Shown here: positions 13,269-27,018 of the stretch, piece by piece
How the letters are laid out: each line of letters opens with the position of its first letter
Position numbering within the stretch: position 1 is the first letter of the stretch
Notes under the pieces: model-generated
What the model saw: the letters and a program-made list of their open reading frames with translations, nothing else
Database searches by the model: none
Told to the model about the DNA's origin: nothing
Assembly: GCA_951406725.2 (NCBI GenBank)
Contig: OX597819.1
Location: forward strand, 103,292,001-103,356,000
Direction: 5' to 3'
From: Octopus vulgaris
Taxonomy: Eukaryota
DNA: 64,000 nt
Program-made: the position numbers and the translations under genes

Positions 13269-13714
13269 CATAATTTCCTTTAAGCTTCACTATTTAAGAT
13301 ATACATGTTGAGCCACGAGAAAGTGAATTATGCAGTCCATGGTATTAAGATGTCTGACAGAGAATGCATAACGATTCTAATTTGGATTTCTTTGAACATA
13401 GATCTATTCAGTTTGCATTACCAAAGGACCAAAAATAACAACAATAACAGCAACAAAAACAACAACTCAATTGCCTTATTACAGCTATTACACACTTCAC
13501 CCAATGCTGTTATCACAATGTCAGTTTTTTTCTCTAGAAACCTAAACCAACACCCACTCATTCATTTCATTCTCCAGTCATATATTTCCCATACTGATAT
13601 GGTTTTAGATGATTTCGGGCGTTGCTGTTTCAATATGTTTATGGAGATGAGATGTGACAGAACACACACATACGCGCCCACACACACATACACTCACACA
13701 CACACAAATGTATG

Positions 13715-13776
<62 letters not shown>

Positions 13777-14412
13777 GGTATATATATGTATGTATTTATG
13801 TATATATTACGTATGTATGCATATATGCTTGTAGAAAAATCTTATATACATACATTCGCCATACGTCAAACGTTATATACACAAAAACATCCACATCTAT
13901 ATAATCTTCAGACATAGAAGAAAAAGAGAGAAAAATATGCAAAAAATTAAATAACCATAAACGAAAATAAAATAAAGAAAACAGAGATAAAGGGATCAAA
14001 TTAACATAATAAAAAAGATAAAACAACAAAAGGTTGTGTATATGCGTGTATATGTAACTGCATGTGTGTGTATGCTTGTGCGTGTGTGTGTGTTTGTGTT
14101 GTGCTTGTTTGTGTGTGTGTGTGCCTCCACATTTTTGTATATGTATAAGTATGTATGAATGAACCCCAGATAATTAAAGTAAATATAAGATAAACATGTG
14201 ATACGATCGAGTTACTGAAGGCAAAGAAAAGACAATATTGGCATTGATATCACATAGTGAGTTTAAAAAAAAGCAAAACTAAAGATTGCATTGCCAAAAT
14301 AGCTATAATAATAATAATTTCTTTGGCACAAGGTCAGAGCAACTGTTGTTTTTTTTTGTCTTTTTGCGGTTGGATTGGAAATTTTCCTGCTTATTATTAT
14401 GTCTTGTTGCTA

Positions 14413-14835
14413 AGGTGGCAAGCAGGCGGAATCTTTTGTACGACGGGCGTTATTTCATTCGTCTTTACGTTCTGAGTTCAAATCCCGCCAATGGATACTT
14501 TGCCTATTATCCTTTTGAGGTCGACAAATTAATCACTGTGGTTGATGTAATCGACTAACCCCCACCCCAAATTTCAGGCCACGTGCCTATAGTAGAAAGG
14601 ATTATTGCGTATGGTAGTTAAAGCAGCGAGCTGGTAGAATCGTTAGCTCACCGGTCAAAATGCCTGACGGTATTTCGTCCGTATTTACGTTCTGTGTTAA
14701 AATTCCGCCGGGATCGATTTTGCCTTTCATCCTTTCGGAGTCGATAAATGAAGCCCATTTAGCTCTGGTGTCAATGCATTGTCTTATTGCCCCCACCTTT
14801 TGAAAATTACTGCCTTTGTACCAAAGTTTGTAGCT
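14413..14835 (+). mobile_element. two tandem SINE family B copies (about 14413-14606 and 14621-14835)
   Basis: TTACGTTCTGAGTTCAAATCCCGCC in the first, TTTGCCTTTCATCCTTTCGGAGTCGATAAA in the second. Confidence 0.85.
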
Positions 14836-15888
14836 ATTATTAAGTCTTGTTATCTATCTCCTTTACAGAGTAAACGTTGCTAACGACAGCGAGATTCCGA
14901 TCATAAAGTTATATAACTGAAAACCTTTAAGAATTAATTCCTCATTGCCAAATCTAGTAGTGCGAATTGACAGGCTCGTTGGAACCACATGTTTACAATA
15001 CCATGCGGTATACGAACATACCATGAAGCATTGTTCTTGACGGAAAAATTAAAGTCGGATACCTTTTGAACGCAACTTGTATATTACGGCTTTCCGAATT
15101 CTGATTTCAAATCCCACCGAAATCAAGCCTGCGATAATGATCGCATTATGTAATGTATGATCTTCTTAGACGATTATGCTGTCCCTTCAAGCTGCTGTTT
15201 CTCCTACTCCAGCATTGGCCTCTACCACGCCTCTTTGAAAGCCCACCAGGCAAGTTCTGCATTTCTCCTCTTCACATGCATAATGTTATACAAATTGAGC
15301 ATCAAATCATATTAATCCCAGAAGTCCTAAAAGGCCAGTAAAGTCCATTAGGCGATATTATCATCCTCCAATCTAAACCGCTTAAAATGGGCAAATATTC
15401 CAGAAATACAACATACAAGTATAATTCTAAGTACATGGAATCACAGAAATCACAGGCCTTTAAAAACACGTCATCCTAAAACACAAGGAATTAGTCGTTA
15501 TGAAAAGCTTTCATGAATATTTGACTTAAAAAACAACATAAATCTATCATACCACGACAAAGATTTTACCATTAAGAGCTAGTATGGTGTAACATTTTAG
15601 AAGAGTATGGACATCCAAGAGACCAACATGAACAAGATTGTTTAAAATAATAAATGGAGCATCAGATCAATCCTTGGGAGATAGCAAAGGGGCTTATCTA
15701 AACAAACTTTTTTATGGGATATCTCCTGGAGATTTCACATATTAAATATTAAAGTACAACTAAATAACGCCAAAAGATGTTCTCTCTACTCAAGGAAGTC
15801 AACACGTATGTGGGCAGGTGTGCATGCCTGCATCTACATATGTGTGTGTGTATGTGTGTGAGTGTGCGTGCGGGCGTGTGCGTGCGTG

Positions 15889-16095
15889 GGGGCGCGTGGC
15901 TTAGTGGTTAGTGTGTTAGACTCATGATCGTAAGATTGCGGTTTCGATTCCTGGGACAGGCGTTGTGTTCTTAAGCGAAACACTTATTTCGTGTTACTCT
16001 AGTCCACTTGGTTGGGTTGGCAAAAATGAATATAGTCCTACGACCCGTCCAAGGCAGGGTAATACATACACCACAGAATCCAGGAAACCGTCCTT
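15889..16095 (+). mobile_element. tRNA-headed CORE-like SINE (family D)
   Basis: GGCGCGTGGCTTAGTGGTTAG A box, GGTTTCGATTCC B box, GTGTTCTTAAGCGAAACACTT CORE-like segment. Confidence 0.8.
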
Positions 16096-16114
16096 TGATA
16101 TATACGTATGTATG

Positions 16115-16270
16115 TATTGTTTCTCTCCTTGTTTCTTTCTGTGTTCCTTTCTGTAGAAAAGCGTAGGCTCGAAAGGTTAGAGACTTTTTCAATTCCCGAG
16201 CGTTATACTAATACATCTGTTTGTTTTCTACACCACCTGTCTTCGTCTTTTGTTTCTTTTTGTGAATTCT

Positions 16271-16273
<3 letters not shown>
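16115..16273 (+). mobile_element. short Penelope-derived (pLTR-like) element with degenerate hammerhead-like motif
   Basis: Homologous to 37836-38017, 51153-51364 and 62683-62830; CTTT-CTGTAGA-AAAGCGTAGGCTC-GAAA at 16147-16174; ends at (TA)n. Confidence 0.65.
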
Positions 16274-16340
<67 letters not shown>

Positions 16341-17192
16341 TGAGTTAAAACTCATATAAGAAATGCGCAAACAAACGGGTAACAGACATAGATGCTCGCT
16401 AAATCCTCATCAGTAATCAGCCAGTGGATCACTCACAATTTCGCGCCTAACCGATAATATTGCACCCCCAACTTGTGAGGACGACGGCAAACGGCGCGGG
16501 GATTGGCGAGCCAAATAAACAAGAAGCAAGATAAAATATGTACAAACAGACAAGAATGCGATACAGACAACATGCAAATGGAGGATAAATATAATCCCAA
16601 ACGAGACAATTAATGGATGTACGAGGGACAGAGAAGGAAAGAAACATGACTGTGGGCATACAAACGAAATGATATAAATAAACGAACAAAGTAAGGCCCT
16701 AACGCCAGGCAGGAGACGGGAAAATAGTCAAACGCTCGTAGAATATCCTGAAGGATTTAACAGGGACTGCGAAAGGTGGAATAGAGCGAGAGACGAGAGA
16801 TGAGAATTGTGACCGCTTGGTATGTCAGGCGGTCGAGAAAAGAAGGAGATTAGACAATGACCACAAGTCACATATCAGTTGTATTAAGAGAAAAAAATGG
16901 CAGAGAGTAGAGAGAAACAGATAGCAGTATTGAAGGAAGGGGAAAAAGAGAGAGGGAGAGGGAGAGACAAGAACGTGTCAGATAGTAGCATATGATGAAA
17001 AGGGGGGAGAGAGAGAGAGAGTGTGTGTGTGTGTGTGTGAAGGTAAGAGAGAAAGAGAAAGGGGGAATGATTGGTGCAGAAATAGGAGTACTTATAAACA
17101 CACAAACATACACGCACACACACTCACACACACACATATACTCTTACAATAACGATAAAAGTGTAAAATTAATGAATTAATTATTAAAAATG

Positions 17193-17223
<31 letters not shown>

Positions 17224-17229
<6 letters not shown>

Positions 17230-17281
17230 TTGATTTTGATTTTGATTTTTCTAGTTTCAGCTAATGAGCTGTGGCCATGCT
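17224..17281 (-). mobile_element. isolated LINE/SINE 3' tail with (AAAATC)n repeat
   Basis: Reverse strand AGCATGGCCACAGCTCATTAGCTGAAACTAGAAAAATCAAAATCAAAATC, related to the family A tail; sits inside (TA)n. Confidence 0.65.
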
Positions 17282-17302
17282 ATATATATATATATATATA
17301 TA

Positions 17303-17438
17303 GGCGCATGAGTAGCTGAGGAGTAAGAAGCTTGTTCTGCAACTACCTGGTACTGGGTTCAGTTACACTGCGTGACACTTGGACTGACCAAAGCCTTGTG
17401 AGTGGATTTGGTAGGTGGAAACTTAAAGAAGCCCGTCG

Positions 17439-17470
<32 letters not shown>

Positions 17471-17650
17471 TGTGTGTCTCTGTCCCCACCCCCACCATCG
17501 CTTGACAACCGATGTCGGTGTGTTCATGTCCCCGATAGAATAAGTATAAGGCTTACAAAAAAAATAAGTCCTGAGGTCGATTTGCCCGACTAAAGACTGT
17601 GCTCTAGCATGACCGCAGTTAAATGACTGAAATAAGTAAAAGTATAAAAG
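17303..17650 (+). mobile_element. SINE family A, internally deleted
   Basis: Colinear with 51870-52280 with two internal deletions. Confidence 0.88.
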
Positions 17651-17762
17651 ATTGTGTGTGCGAGTTTGTGTGTGCGAGTTTGTGTGTGCGATTTTGTGTG
17701 TGTGATTATGAGAAATACCTAGGCAGATATTGAGGATTATTTATTGGCAAGTTAGAAGGCGA

Positions 17763-17834
17763 TAGCAGAGGGTAGTTTCAACCTACGGGCGACTGGGTTA
17801 TGGGTGCAGCACGCTTCCCCTGTATCACTCTGCT
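17763..17834 (-). pseudogene. initiator tRNA-Met (CAT) pseudogene
   Basis: 72 nt AGCAGAGTGATACAGGGGAAGCGTGCTGCACCCATAACCCAGTCGCCCGTAGGTTGAAACTACCCTCTGCTA, ungapped against metazoan tRNA-iMet. Intact A1-U72 acceptor stem and CAT anticodon; D arm, anticodon stem and B box are mutated. Confidence 0.85.
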
Positions 17835-18559
17835 AACATGATTTGTAACTATTTAAACCGAGTAATTAAAAATGGCGTTGCTCAATCACTATAGCAGAGA
17901 TCTTTGTTTGAAATTCAAGTGTGTCTTACACTGCACCGAAACAGTGCACATTGCATAACACAACCCTCCACTTCCTAGGCACGTTTATACGATGAAACTG
18001 GCGTTATAATTCCCTATGACGTCCATTGATGCAGGAACTTACAAGTATTTTAGATGTCTCTTCTAATAATATAGACCCCATGTTGAGCTGTATGTTTCCC
18101 TGCACAGACTAAACACAGTAAACAGGGGCTCGTAAAATAGATGTATCCCTCCGCAAGTAACTGACTGTCTAGCGCGTATATACGTAGGTCTGTGTTTTGT
18201 GTGTTTCGCTATTGATCCAAATTTTTATGTGTTATAGTGTTTGATGTGTGATTGTACAATACAGAAGAAGTTAAACGGATGGATGTTTTTGAAAACTAAT
18301 GGAAAAACCGATAGAATAACGAGCATTGAAAGGTTTAAGTTGTTGGTTAATAATGGGAAGTCAGTGGGGTTTTTTTATACACACATAGAGATAGTTATAA
18401 ATTTATAACTTACATTCGTTCATATGTGTTTGAGTGCGCGCGCGTGTATATGCATGTATGCGCATAGATAAATAGATAGACATATAGATTTGAGCTTATG
18501 CTTATATATATTATGTGTATTAAATATTTATATGACATACATTCATACACACACACACA

Positions 18560-18613
<54 letters not shown>

Positions 18614-18614
<1 letters not shown>

Positions 18615-19840
18615 TGGGTTGGCAAATAGAGTTTCGATTTTTTTAAAATGACTTTTGTCAATGTTATGATTTTTTTACTTTTGACATTTGATAGTCGTTA
18701 CTTTTAGCTTACATCAGACGCAAATTGCGCGTAATTTTGTTTACAGCTGTTAGTTCAGTGTCAATTTTAACAGGGAGTGCAAGAACGAACATTTTCGCAA
18801 TTTTTTTTTTCCCTGTAAATGCAAGAAAGTTGCTGAGGCTCACAAAGAAATATGTGAAGTTTTGGTGTTGATTGCTTAACAGAACGCACATATCAGTAAT
18901 GGATAAGAAAATTCCGTTCTGGAAATGTTTCTCTCAAAGATGTCTAACGTTCTTGTCGACCTACTGAAGTTGATCATGACATAATCAAAGCCATAATTAA
19001 ATCTAATTGTCATATAGCTGTGCGAGAGATTGCAGAGAGGTTAAATGTATCACACACAACAATTGAGAATCAATTAAAATAGCTTGGAATCGTTAAGGAG
19101 CTCGATTATTTGGGTTTCACGTAAATTGAAAGAGATTCACTTAACACAAAGAATCAATATTTGCGATATGCATCTCAAATCGCACTGGTGATGAAAAATG
19201 GATTGTCTACAATAACATCAATCGAAAATTATCATGGCCTAAGAGTAAGGAACCTGTACAAACTATATCAAAAGCTGAATTGCATCAAAAAAGGTCATAC
19301 TGTCAATTTGTTGGGATTATAAAGGCGTTGTGTATTTTGAGGTTCTTCCAAGGAACCAAACGATCAATGCATGTGTTTACAGTCAAAAACTAATGAAACC
19401 GGAGGAAGCAATCAAATAGAAATGGCCAGAATTAGCAAATCTTAAAGGAATCATGTTCCACCATAACAACACTAGATCACACACGTCTTTGCTAAATCGT
19501 GAAAAATTACTGGAGCTTAGTTGGGAAGTGATGTCACATCCACCGTATATTCCTGACCTTGCACCATTAGAACACCATTTATTTCGAAGTTTGCAAAATT
19601 CTTTGAATGGTAAAACCTTCAATAATGATGGTGACCTGAAATCGCACTTGATTCAGCTTTTGGCTAATAAGGACCAGAAGTTCTATGAGCGTAGAATCCT
19701 GAAGTTGCCAGAAAGATGGCAAAAGATCATCAAACAAAAAATGGAAAATAAATAAATGATTAAAATTCATATTTTCTATGAAAAAAAAAGACTTTTATTT
19801 CACACTAAAAAGAACCGAAATTACTTTCTTGCCAAACCAG
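18614..19840 (+). mobile_element. full-length defective mariner transposon (about 1.23 kb)
   Basis: Imperfect TIRs TTGGGTTGGCAAATAGAGTTTCGATTTT / AAAAGAACCGAAATTACTTTCTTGCCAAACCAG; TA at 18612-13 and 19841-42. Confidence 0.93.
18780..19755 (+). pseudogene. mariner DD34D transposase pseudogene
   Basis: Motifs KFRSGN, RSCRP, TGDEKW, WDYKGVVYFE, FHHNNTRSH (degenerate HDNARPH), HPPYIPDLAP, LFRSLQNSL, KLPERWQK; several stops and frameshifts. Confidence 0.92.
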
Positions 19841-19872
<32 letters not shown>

Positions 19873-19914
19873 TGTATGTATGTATGTATGTATGTATGTA
19901 TGTATGTATGTATG

Positions 19915-19963
<49 letters not shown>

Positions 19964-21171
19964 GTCTACCTATCTATCTATATGTCTGTCTGTCTGTCTA
20001 TCTATCTAACGATATGTATATGTATGTGTGTGTATGTGGGTGCGTGTGTGTGTGTGCGTGCGCGCACACGAACGCACGAACATACACATATACTTATCAA
20101 AGTCGTCTCTCTTCTGGAATTAGTATGAACATCTATACTGAAATTTGATGAAAGCGTCTCCAAGAACTTTTGTATATTAATGCATGTGTGACATTTTTTC
20201 AGCTTTTGTCAAGAGTTCAACTTTTACATTGAGGATGCGTTGAATTGCATCGAGTACCGTAGGTGTTTTAAAATTATGTATGATTTTTCTTAAAAGTAAC
20301 AATCCTCGTGGCTGGAAACATGTGTTCACCACACAACCAAAATGGTTTATTGTTCTCTTGTCCTAAATAATCAGAGAATCCATTCCGCCAGTATTTATTG
20401 GCTTCTTAATATTAAGATAAAACAACAAATCATTACTAAAATTAAAATGTCTGTATTTAATGAATATATGTGCAGTTAGGTAAGCTTTCAGCGATGAATC
20501 CGTTTTAAGTATAATATACAGATTCCGTCATCAGTGAATTTTCAATTACTTTTTTACTGTATCAGCAGCAGCTAGTTTAGTCCTAGCACGCGGTTGCAAG
20601 AGAATACTTGTTATTGACAAAGATCAAAGAAATAGAAATGTGAAGTTAGTAATGGTACCTCCGCTACTGATCGATTTTCTTCGGCTTCTGACATACTTCT
20701 ATGTTTTATAACACCATACGTCTATAAGAGATGACATTTTGAGACAATAGCGTAGTTCATCAGGGTTCATCGTTGTATCTGATTTAAGTATGATGCGCTG
20801 AAAATATTTAATATACACAATTGAAAAAAGAGCTAGTAGCAGGTCCAAGCTGTAGAGATGCGATAATTTGGTAGATTTATATAACATGCCACATGTCTCC
20901 AAGCAATCTTTCAGGCTCAGTGCATGCTGTTCAAGTTATTTGAAAACCGGGACGCTGGTCTATGAGAAGACACAAGAAAAAAACTGGAAGAAAAACATTT
21001 TTGATGCAAAAAATGGAACGAGAAGAGAGATAAGGAAAACAAATCCAAGCTATACGTCCTCTTTGTAGAAATCATAATTAATCTAACTGTTACAGAATAA
21101 TATAACTGAGGTGGCATAAATCAGTGAGATAGTTACTCAGTTCGCAGAAGGAAGTATCTTTTAGTCCGACT

Positions 21172-21710
21172 AAAGATACATGTCCTGTTCTTATATTTGC
21201 TAAAAATTTTGAATCTGGAATTAAGTAGTGTGGTGGAATTCTTGGGTCTAAAAGGAATATGCATTCTTTCAGCTAAGCATTACTTGCATTTCTTTGATCT
21301 GTTTATATATGACGTAGAATTCTCCACGATTCTCCACTTGATTGTAGGTGGTGTGCATTTGGTGTTAAGATGCCTTACATGGAAAACCAACTTAGTGGCT
21401 CAGCTTTTATCGATGTATAGGAAATGCGACAGGTGGTTTGCATAATGGCTTTAAATATTGCTTTCGCGTCAACCGACGTATTGTTTTCTTTTCGATTTCG
21501 TTATCTTGAAGGACTGCTTGAACTTCAGTTTCGCTTCATAACCAAATACGTTTTTCAAACACGACTGGTCAAGCTCCAAGATTTCAACAGTTACAGTTGG
21601 GAGTGGGCTCTTGGTGTGACTCATGAGTGATAATGTCCTTCATATTGGGGCAACAGCTGTATGATATTTTTATCGAACATCTGCCAAATTATTGCATTTT
21701 CATAGCATGA
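21172..21710 (-). mobile_element. Penelope-like element, GIY-YIG endonuclease remnant
   Basis: Manual minus-strand translation: IKISYSCCPNMKDII..PNCNC..CLKNV..YEAK..KQYVG..HYANHLSHF..ATKL..PTIKWRIVE..SKKCK*CLAE..LLNSR; matches the PLE linker/GIY-YIG pattern; stops present. Confidence 0.85.
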
Positions 21711-22268
21711 AGCTATTAGCTGCTCTTTTTAAAGTTGTATATATTAACTGATATATCTTTGTATGTATGTGTGTGTGTGAACATTGAAACGTCTACACAT
21801 ACATACATACATACATACATACATACATACATACATACATACATACATACATACATACATACATACATACATACACGCATACATACGTACATACAAACAT
21901 ATACTGCTTTTAAGCTTGGGACCTCACTCTTGTTTGTGTCATAGGAATGTAATTGAGACACGCTCAGCATCAGTTTTATCTATCTGACATAGCCTTGTGA
22001 CTGAGCTCGGGACTCAGTTATGATATTTTCTCTGTCCATTCTCTAACCATCTGACTCTTTCATTTTCCTTCCCTAGACTCCTGGTAGGCCGGTCTTTGCA
22101 AAGCCACTAGATGGTTTAACATGACTTTCCTAACTCAATTTACTTTTGATCATTTTCTTGGCATATTTCATGCGTATGAATGTACGTCTGTTTGGGTTTC
22201 ACAATATGTGAGCTTGCGTCCGTCCGTGTGAGTGTGTGCATGTATGTGTGTTTGTGTGTGTGTGTGTA

Positions 22269-22337
<69 letters not shown>

Positions 22338-22894
22338 ACTTATGCATGGCGGGATAGTTTCAGTTATCTTCGAAATCATGATACTATGATGCAACGGGTT
22401 CGGTCCATCTGCGGGGCACCTAGAGTAAGTGTCTTTTGCCGTATACTGGTGTCTAACCAAGCCTTGTCGATGAAATCGATAATTGGAAACTGTTTGACCG
22501 CCCCTGTGTATGGTCTGTACTAAGAAAGTATTCAAGATAGAAGTGTCAATGGAATATTCAATGAATAGTTCACTGAGGAGTCAGTTTCATTGATCCCCAC
22601 AAATGCAATAATAATCTCCGAAATCAATAGCGTTCCATTTACTTTACTTAGTTTTAAGTATGGAATGAAATTTGCATTGAAGTGGTTACACATATGCATT
22701 TATGAATGCATTTTAAAAACCCCATAATTTAACGTGATAAACTATGTCGGTAAAACACTAATAAACAAAAATATATTGTGAAAATACGCACATAAACACA
22801 CACATCCGCACATATATATTTGTATGTATGTTCACACATATTAAGCAACAAATACTTACAGACGCACACGTATGCGTATATATACATGTATATA

Positions 22895-22955
<61 letters not shown>

Positions 22956-23113
22956 ATACGTATGTATGTGTGCATGTGAATACGTATATGTGTGTGTATA
23001 TGAATGGATATAAATGTGCGTATATATATAAACTTAGACAGTTTTTAGGTATGCATAAACTATTTTACGGATCTAATTTGAGTGTGTATAAGGGGGTGTG
23101 TATAAGTAAACAT

Positions 23114-23172
<59 letters not shown>

Positions 23173-23608
23173 TGTACATGTATCTATAAATACGTCTATA
23201 CACACATACATTTATGCATGTATATGCGTATAAAAATGTATGTGTGTACGTATACACTTATAGGCGTAGAGAAAGTAGAACGCTGATGGAGTAAATTTTG
23301 AATGCCGCCATTTGTTTTCTCAGCTACAAAACCTCACGTACGACGTTGGAATTAAAAGCAAGAAAATACAAAATACACAGCATATCAAACAAGGTTGCGA
23401 TCCAGTAGAAAGCGGAAAAAAATCTGACATTGAAATGTCTAAAAAGTTACTAGGACATTCTAGCTCGGTCTTTTAATAGACTACAGAGCCGATATTTCAA
23501 TTTAATGTGACACGTTATAGATACTCTCCGTTACCCTTTCGCTCTATTAAATATAGATATGTATGTGTCCGTATCTATTTGTATACGTGTATATATATAT
23601 ATGTATAC

Positions 23609-23687
<79 letters not shown>

Positions 23688-23750
23688 ATTTATTTATTTA
23701 TTTATATATATATTTATTTATTTATATATATATATATGTATATATATATG

Positions 23751-23786
<36 letters not shown>

Positions 23787-24256
23787 TATGTAATATATAT
23801 ATATACCTATATGTTATATTATATTATGCATGTATGAATGTATGTATGCATGTATGTATGTGTGCGTGTGTATGACATCTTGCGCACGTCTTTATTCGTG
23901 TATATTTCTGAATATAACGGTAGCTTTACTGATACACACGCACGTAGAACACTGATATACGGGAATACATACATCTACACATGGAAATATACATACATAT
24001 GTCCGCATATATACGAGTATATATACATACAGCCAAACACAACCCAGATACGCATAATGAATCCACACTCTTACTGTAGTTCTCTATAGTTTTTTTTATA
24101 TATGCCTATCTAAATACATACATATGTGTGTGCTTATATGCATATATATGTATACGCACAAATACATACACCTCTCCCACACGCAAAAAGACACACACAT
24201 ATATTTTTGTGTGTATGCATGAATGAATGTATGTGTGTGTATGTACATATACATAC

Positions 24257-24293
<37 letters not shown>

Positions 24294-24325
24294 TATACGT
24301 ATGTATATGTACATATATATATATA

Positions 24326-24361
<36 letters not shown>

Positions 24362-24383
24362 TATACATATATATATATATATA

Positions 24384-24420
<37 letters not shown>

Positions 24421-24823
24421 GTGTTTGTGTGTGTATATATATATATGTATGTGTGTGTGTGTGTGACGATATATATATGTATACATATATGGCGTTTGCA
24501 CACACACACACATACACACTTACAGACAGACATATTCACAGGCAGAGAAACACAAAACCCACACCCACCCAAGCGCAAATATATTATTTACACACTTATA
24601 TTGATAGTAAGAATCCATCTTTTTTTTCTTCTCTGCTTTGCGATGGTCTTTATTTATTTCTCAATTTATATATTTTTGGTTACTCTTCATTTCATTTGAC
24701 CTCCCATCCCCCTCTTCTCCGTTAACTCTTATTTTTTTTAATTCTCGTCTTCGTTTCTTGTTTTATTCGTATGTGTATCTGTGTCTGTAGGCGTGTGTGT
24801 GTGAGGGTGTGTGTGAGTGTGTA

Positions 24824-24863
<40 letters not shown>

Positions 24864-25149
24864 TGACGAAATTAGCCGAGCAATGATAAAAGACTGTCTT
24901 TTAATATAAGCTAAATTGGAATCACAATGGCAGACCCTCGGTAAAATTGAGTGGATCTTGTTTTCTCTATATTTCGTTCTTTTATTTTCACGTTTGTGGT
25001 TGTTGTTGTTATCATTATTATTATTGTTATTATTATTATTATTATTATTTTAATTTTGAGGGTGTAAAAAGAAGAGAAATAAAAGCAAAATATATTTTTC
25101 TCTCGATGGCAATTAATTTTCCCATCGTCGCCACAGATTCTGCCTATGA

Positions 25150-26057
25150 GCAATTGTAGTAACAGTAGCAAGAGTAGTAGTAGTAGTAGTAGTAGTTGTA
25201 GCAGTTGATGTTTTTGATAATGTGTTAGCATTAGTGGTAGTGATCGTTACTGTTCTTTTTCACTGTGTATGTTGATGCTGATGATGGTGATGATGATGAT
25301 GATGATGATTATGAGGAGGAAGAGGAGGAGGAGAATGCTGGTGATGGTGGTGGTGGTGGTGGTGAATGTGGTGGTGATGACGGTGGTGGTGGTGGTAGTA
25401 GTGGTTTGGTGTTGATGGTGACGACAACGACGACGACGATGGTGATTATGATGATGATGATGATGACGACGATTACGATTACGACGGCTATGTTGAGAAT
25501 GGTGTCTGCGATCACTACGATGATGGGGACGATGACTGCCATGATGGCGACGATGATGATGATATCAATGTAATTCGATTGATTTCATTTTTTTTGCATT
25601 ATTCGATATAATTCTTGTTTTTGCTTCTTACCATTTGTTTTGATTTTCTTAGAATATACTATTACTATTGCTGTTGTTGTTGCTGCTCTTCTTATTCTTC
25701 TCCTTCTTCTTCTTCTTCTTCTTCTTCTTCTTCTTCTTCTTCTTCTTCTTCTTCTTCTTCTTCTTCTTCTTCTTCTTCTTCTTCTTCTTCTTCTTCTTCT
25801 TCTTCTTCTTCTTCTTCTTCTTCATCAAAGAAGAAGAAGAAGAAGAACTTCTTCTTCTTTTTCTTCTTCTTCTTCTTCTTCTTCTTCTTCTTCTTCATCT
25901 CCTCCTCCATCTCCTCCTCCTTCTCCTTCTTCTTCTTCTTCTTCTTCTTCTTCTTCTACTTCCTCCTCTTCTTCTTCGACTTCTTCTTCTCCTCCTCCTC
26001 CTCCTCCTCCTCCTCCTTCTTCTTCTTCTTCTTTTTCTCATTCGTCTGATTCTTCTT

Positions 26058-26120
<63 letters not shown>

Positions 26121-26129
26121 GTTGTTGTT

Positions 26130-26160
<31 letters not shown>

Positions 26161-26165
26161 TTGTT
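25150..26165. repeat. compound trinucleotide microsatellite block (AGT, GAT, GAG, GGT, TTC, TCC, TTA, TTG)
   Basis: Direct reading; long pure (TTC)n from about 25704. Confidence 0.95.
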
Positions 26166-26880
26166 TCTATATGTTTTGGTTTAATTCGAATCTTATTCTT
26201 TTCCTTCATTCATTACTGTTCTCCTTGTTGCCCTTAACATTTCTTTTCATATCCTTCGTTTATTTCTTTCTTTCTCATCTCCTTTTTTCCTTATCAATTC
26301 ATTTTCTTCTTCCTGTTCTTTAATTTGAAACTAATGTTGTTGTTGTTGTTGTTGGCTGTCTTATTCGTCTTACACACACACACACACACACAACACAAAC
26401 ACATATATATATATATAATCTACTGATTTTTTTTACAATCGCTATTCGTTTTCTTTATATTTTTCTTCTTTGCACTCATTGTCCTTGTTGTTATTGTCGT
26501 TGTGTCTGTTGTAGCATTTGTTTCTTTCTTTTTTTATCTTGTTTTACTCTTTTTGTCTCCTCCCCCTTTCTCTTATGTGTTATATCATCTTTTTTTTCTA
26601 TTACTGCCTGCTTACATTCATATACATACACATACATATATATAAGTATGTAAATATATAATACATATGTATATAATATATATATAGTAATGTGTGTGTA
26701 CATATATATATAAGTATATATATATATATACACATATATGTGTAACTGTATATATATGTATGTGTATATATATACATATATATATAATATAGATATATAA
26801 TATATATAATATATATATTGATAATATAAATATATAATATGTATATATTTTACATATATTTATATATATTATATATATAC

Positions 26881-26911
<31 letters not shown>

Positions 26912-26979
26912 AATATATATTTATATATGTATATACATATGTATATATATATACACATATATATATAAATATATATATG

Positions 26980-27018
<39 letters not shown>

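Noticed and set aside
15340-15780. Possible further GIY-YIG remnant (Y.GITE..FK.R-like)
   Set aside because: Needs several frameshifts over short words; too weak to call by eye.
16407-16413. Exact CTGATGA on minus strand (also at 20757-20763)
   Set aside because: No correctly placed GAAA or closing stems; a 7-mer is expected by chance in 64 kb.
20868-21068. SWIM/MULE-like LSACCSSYLKTG
   Set aside because: Lacks the CxH ligands; more simply explained as PLE 3' flank.
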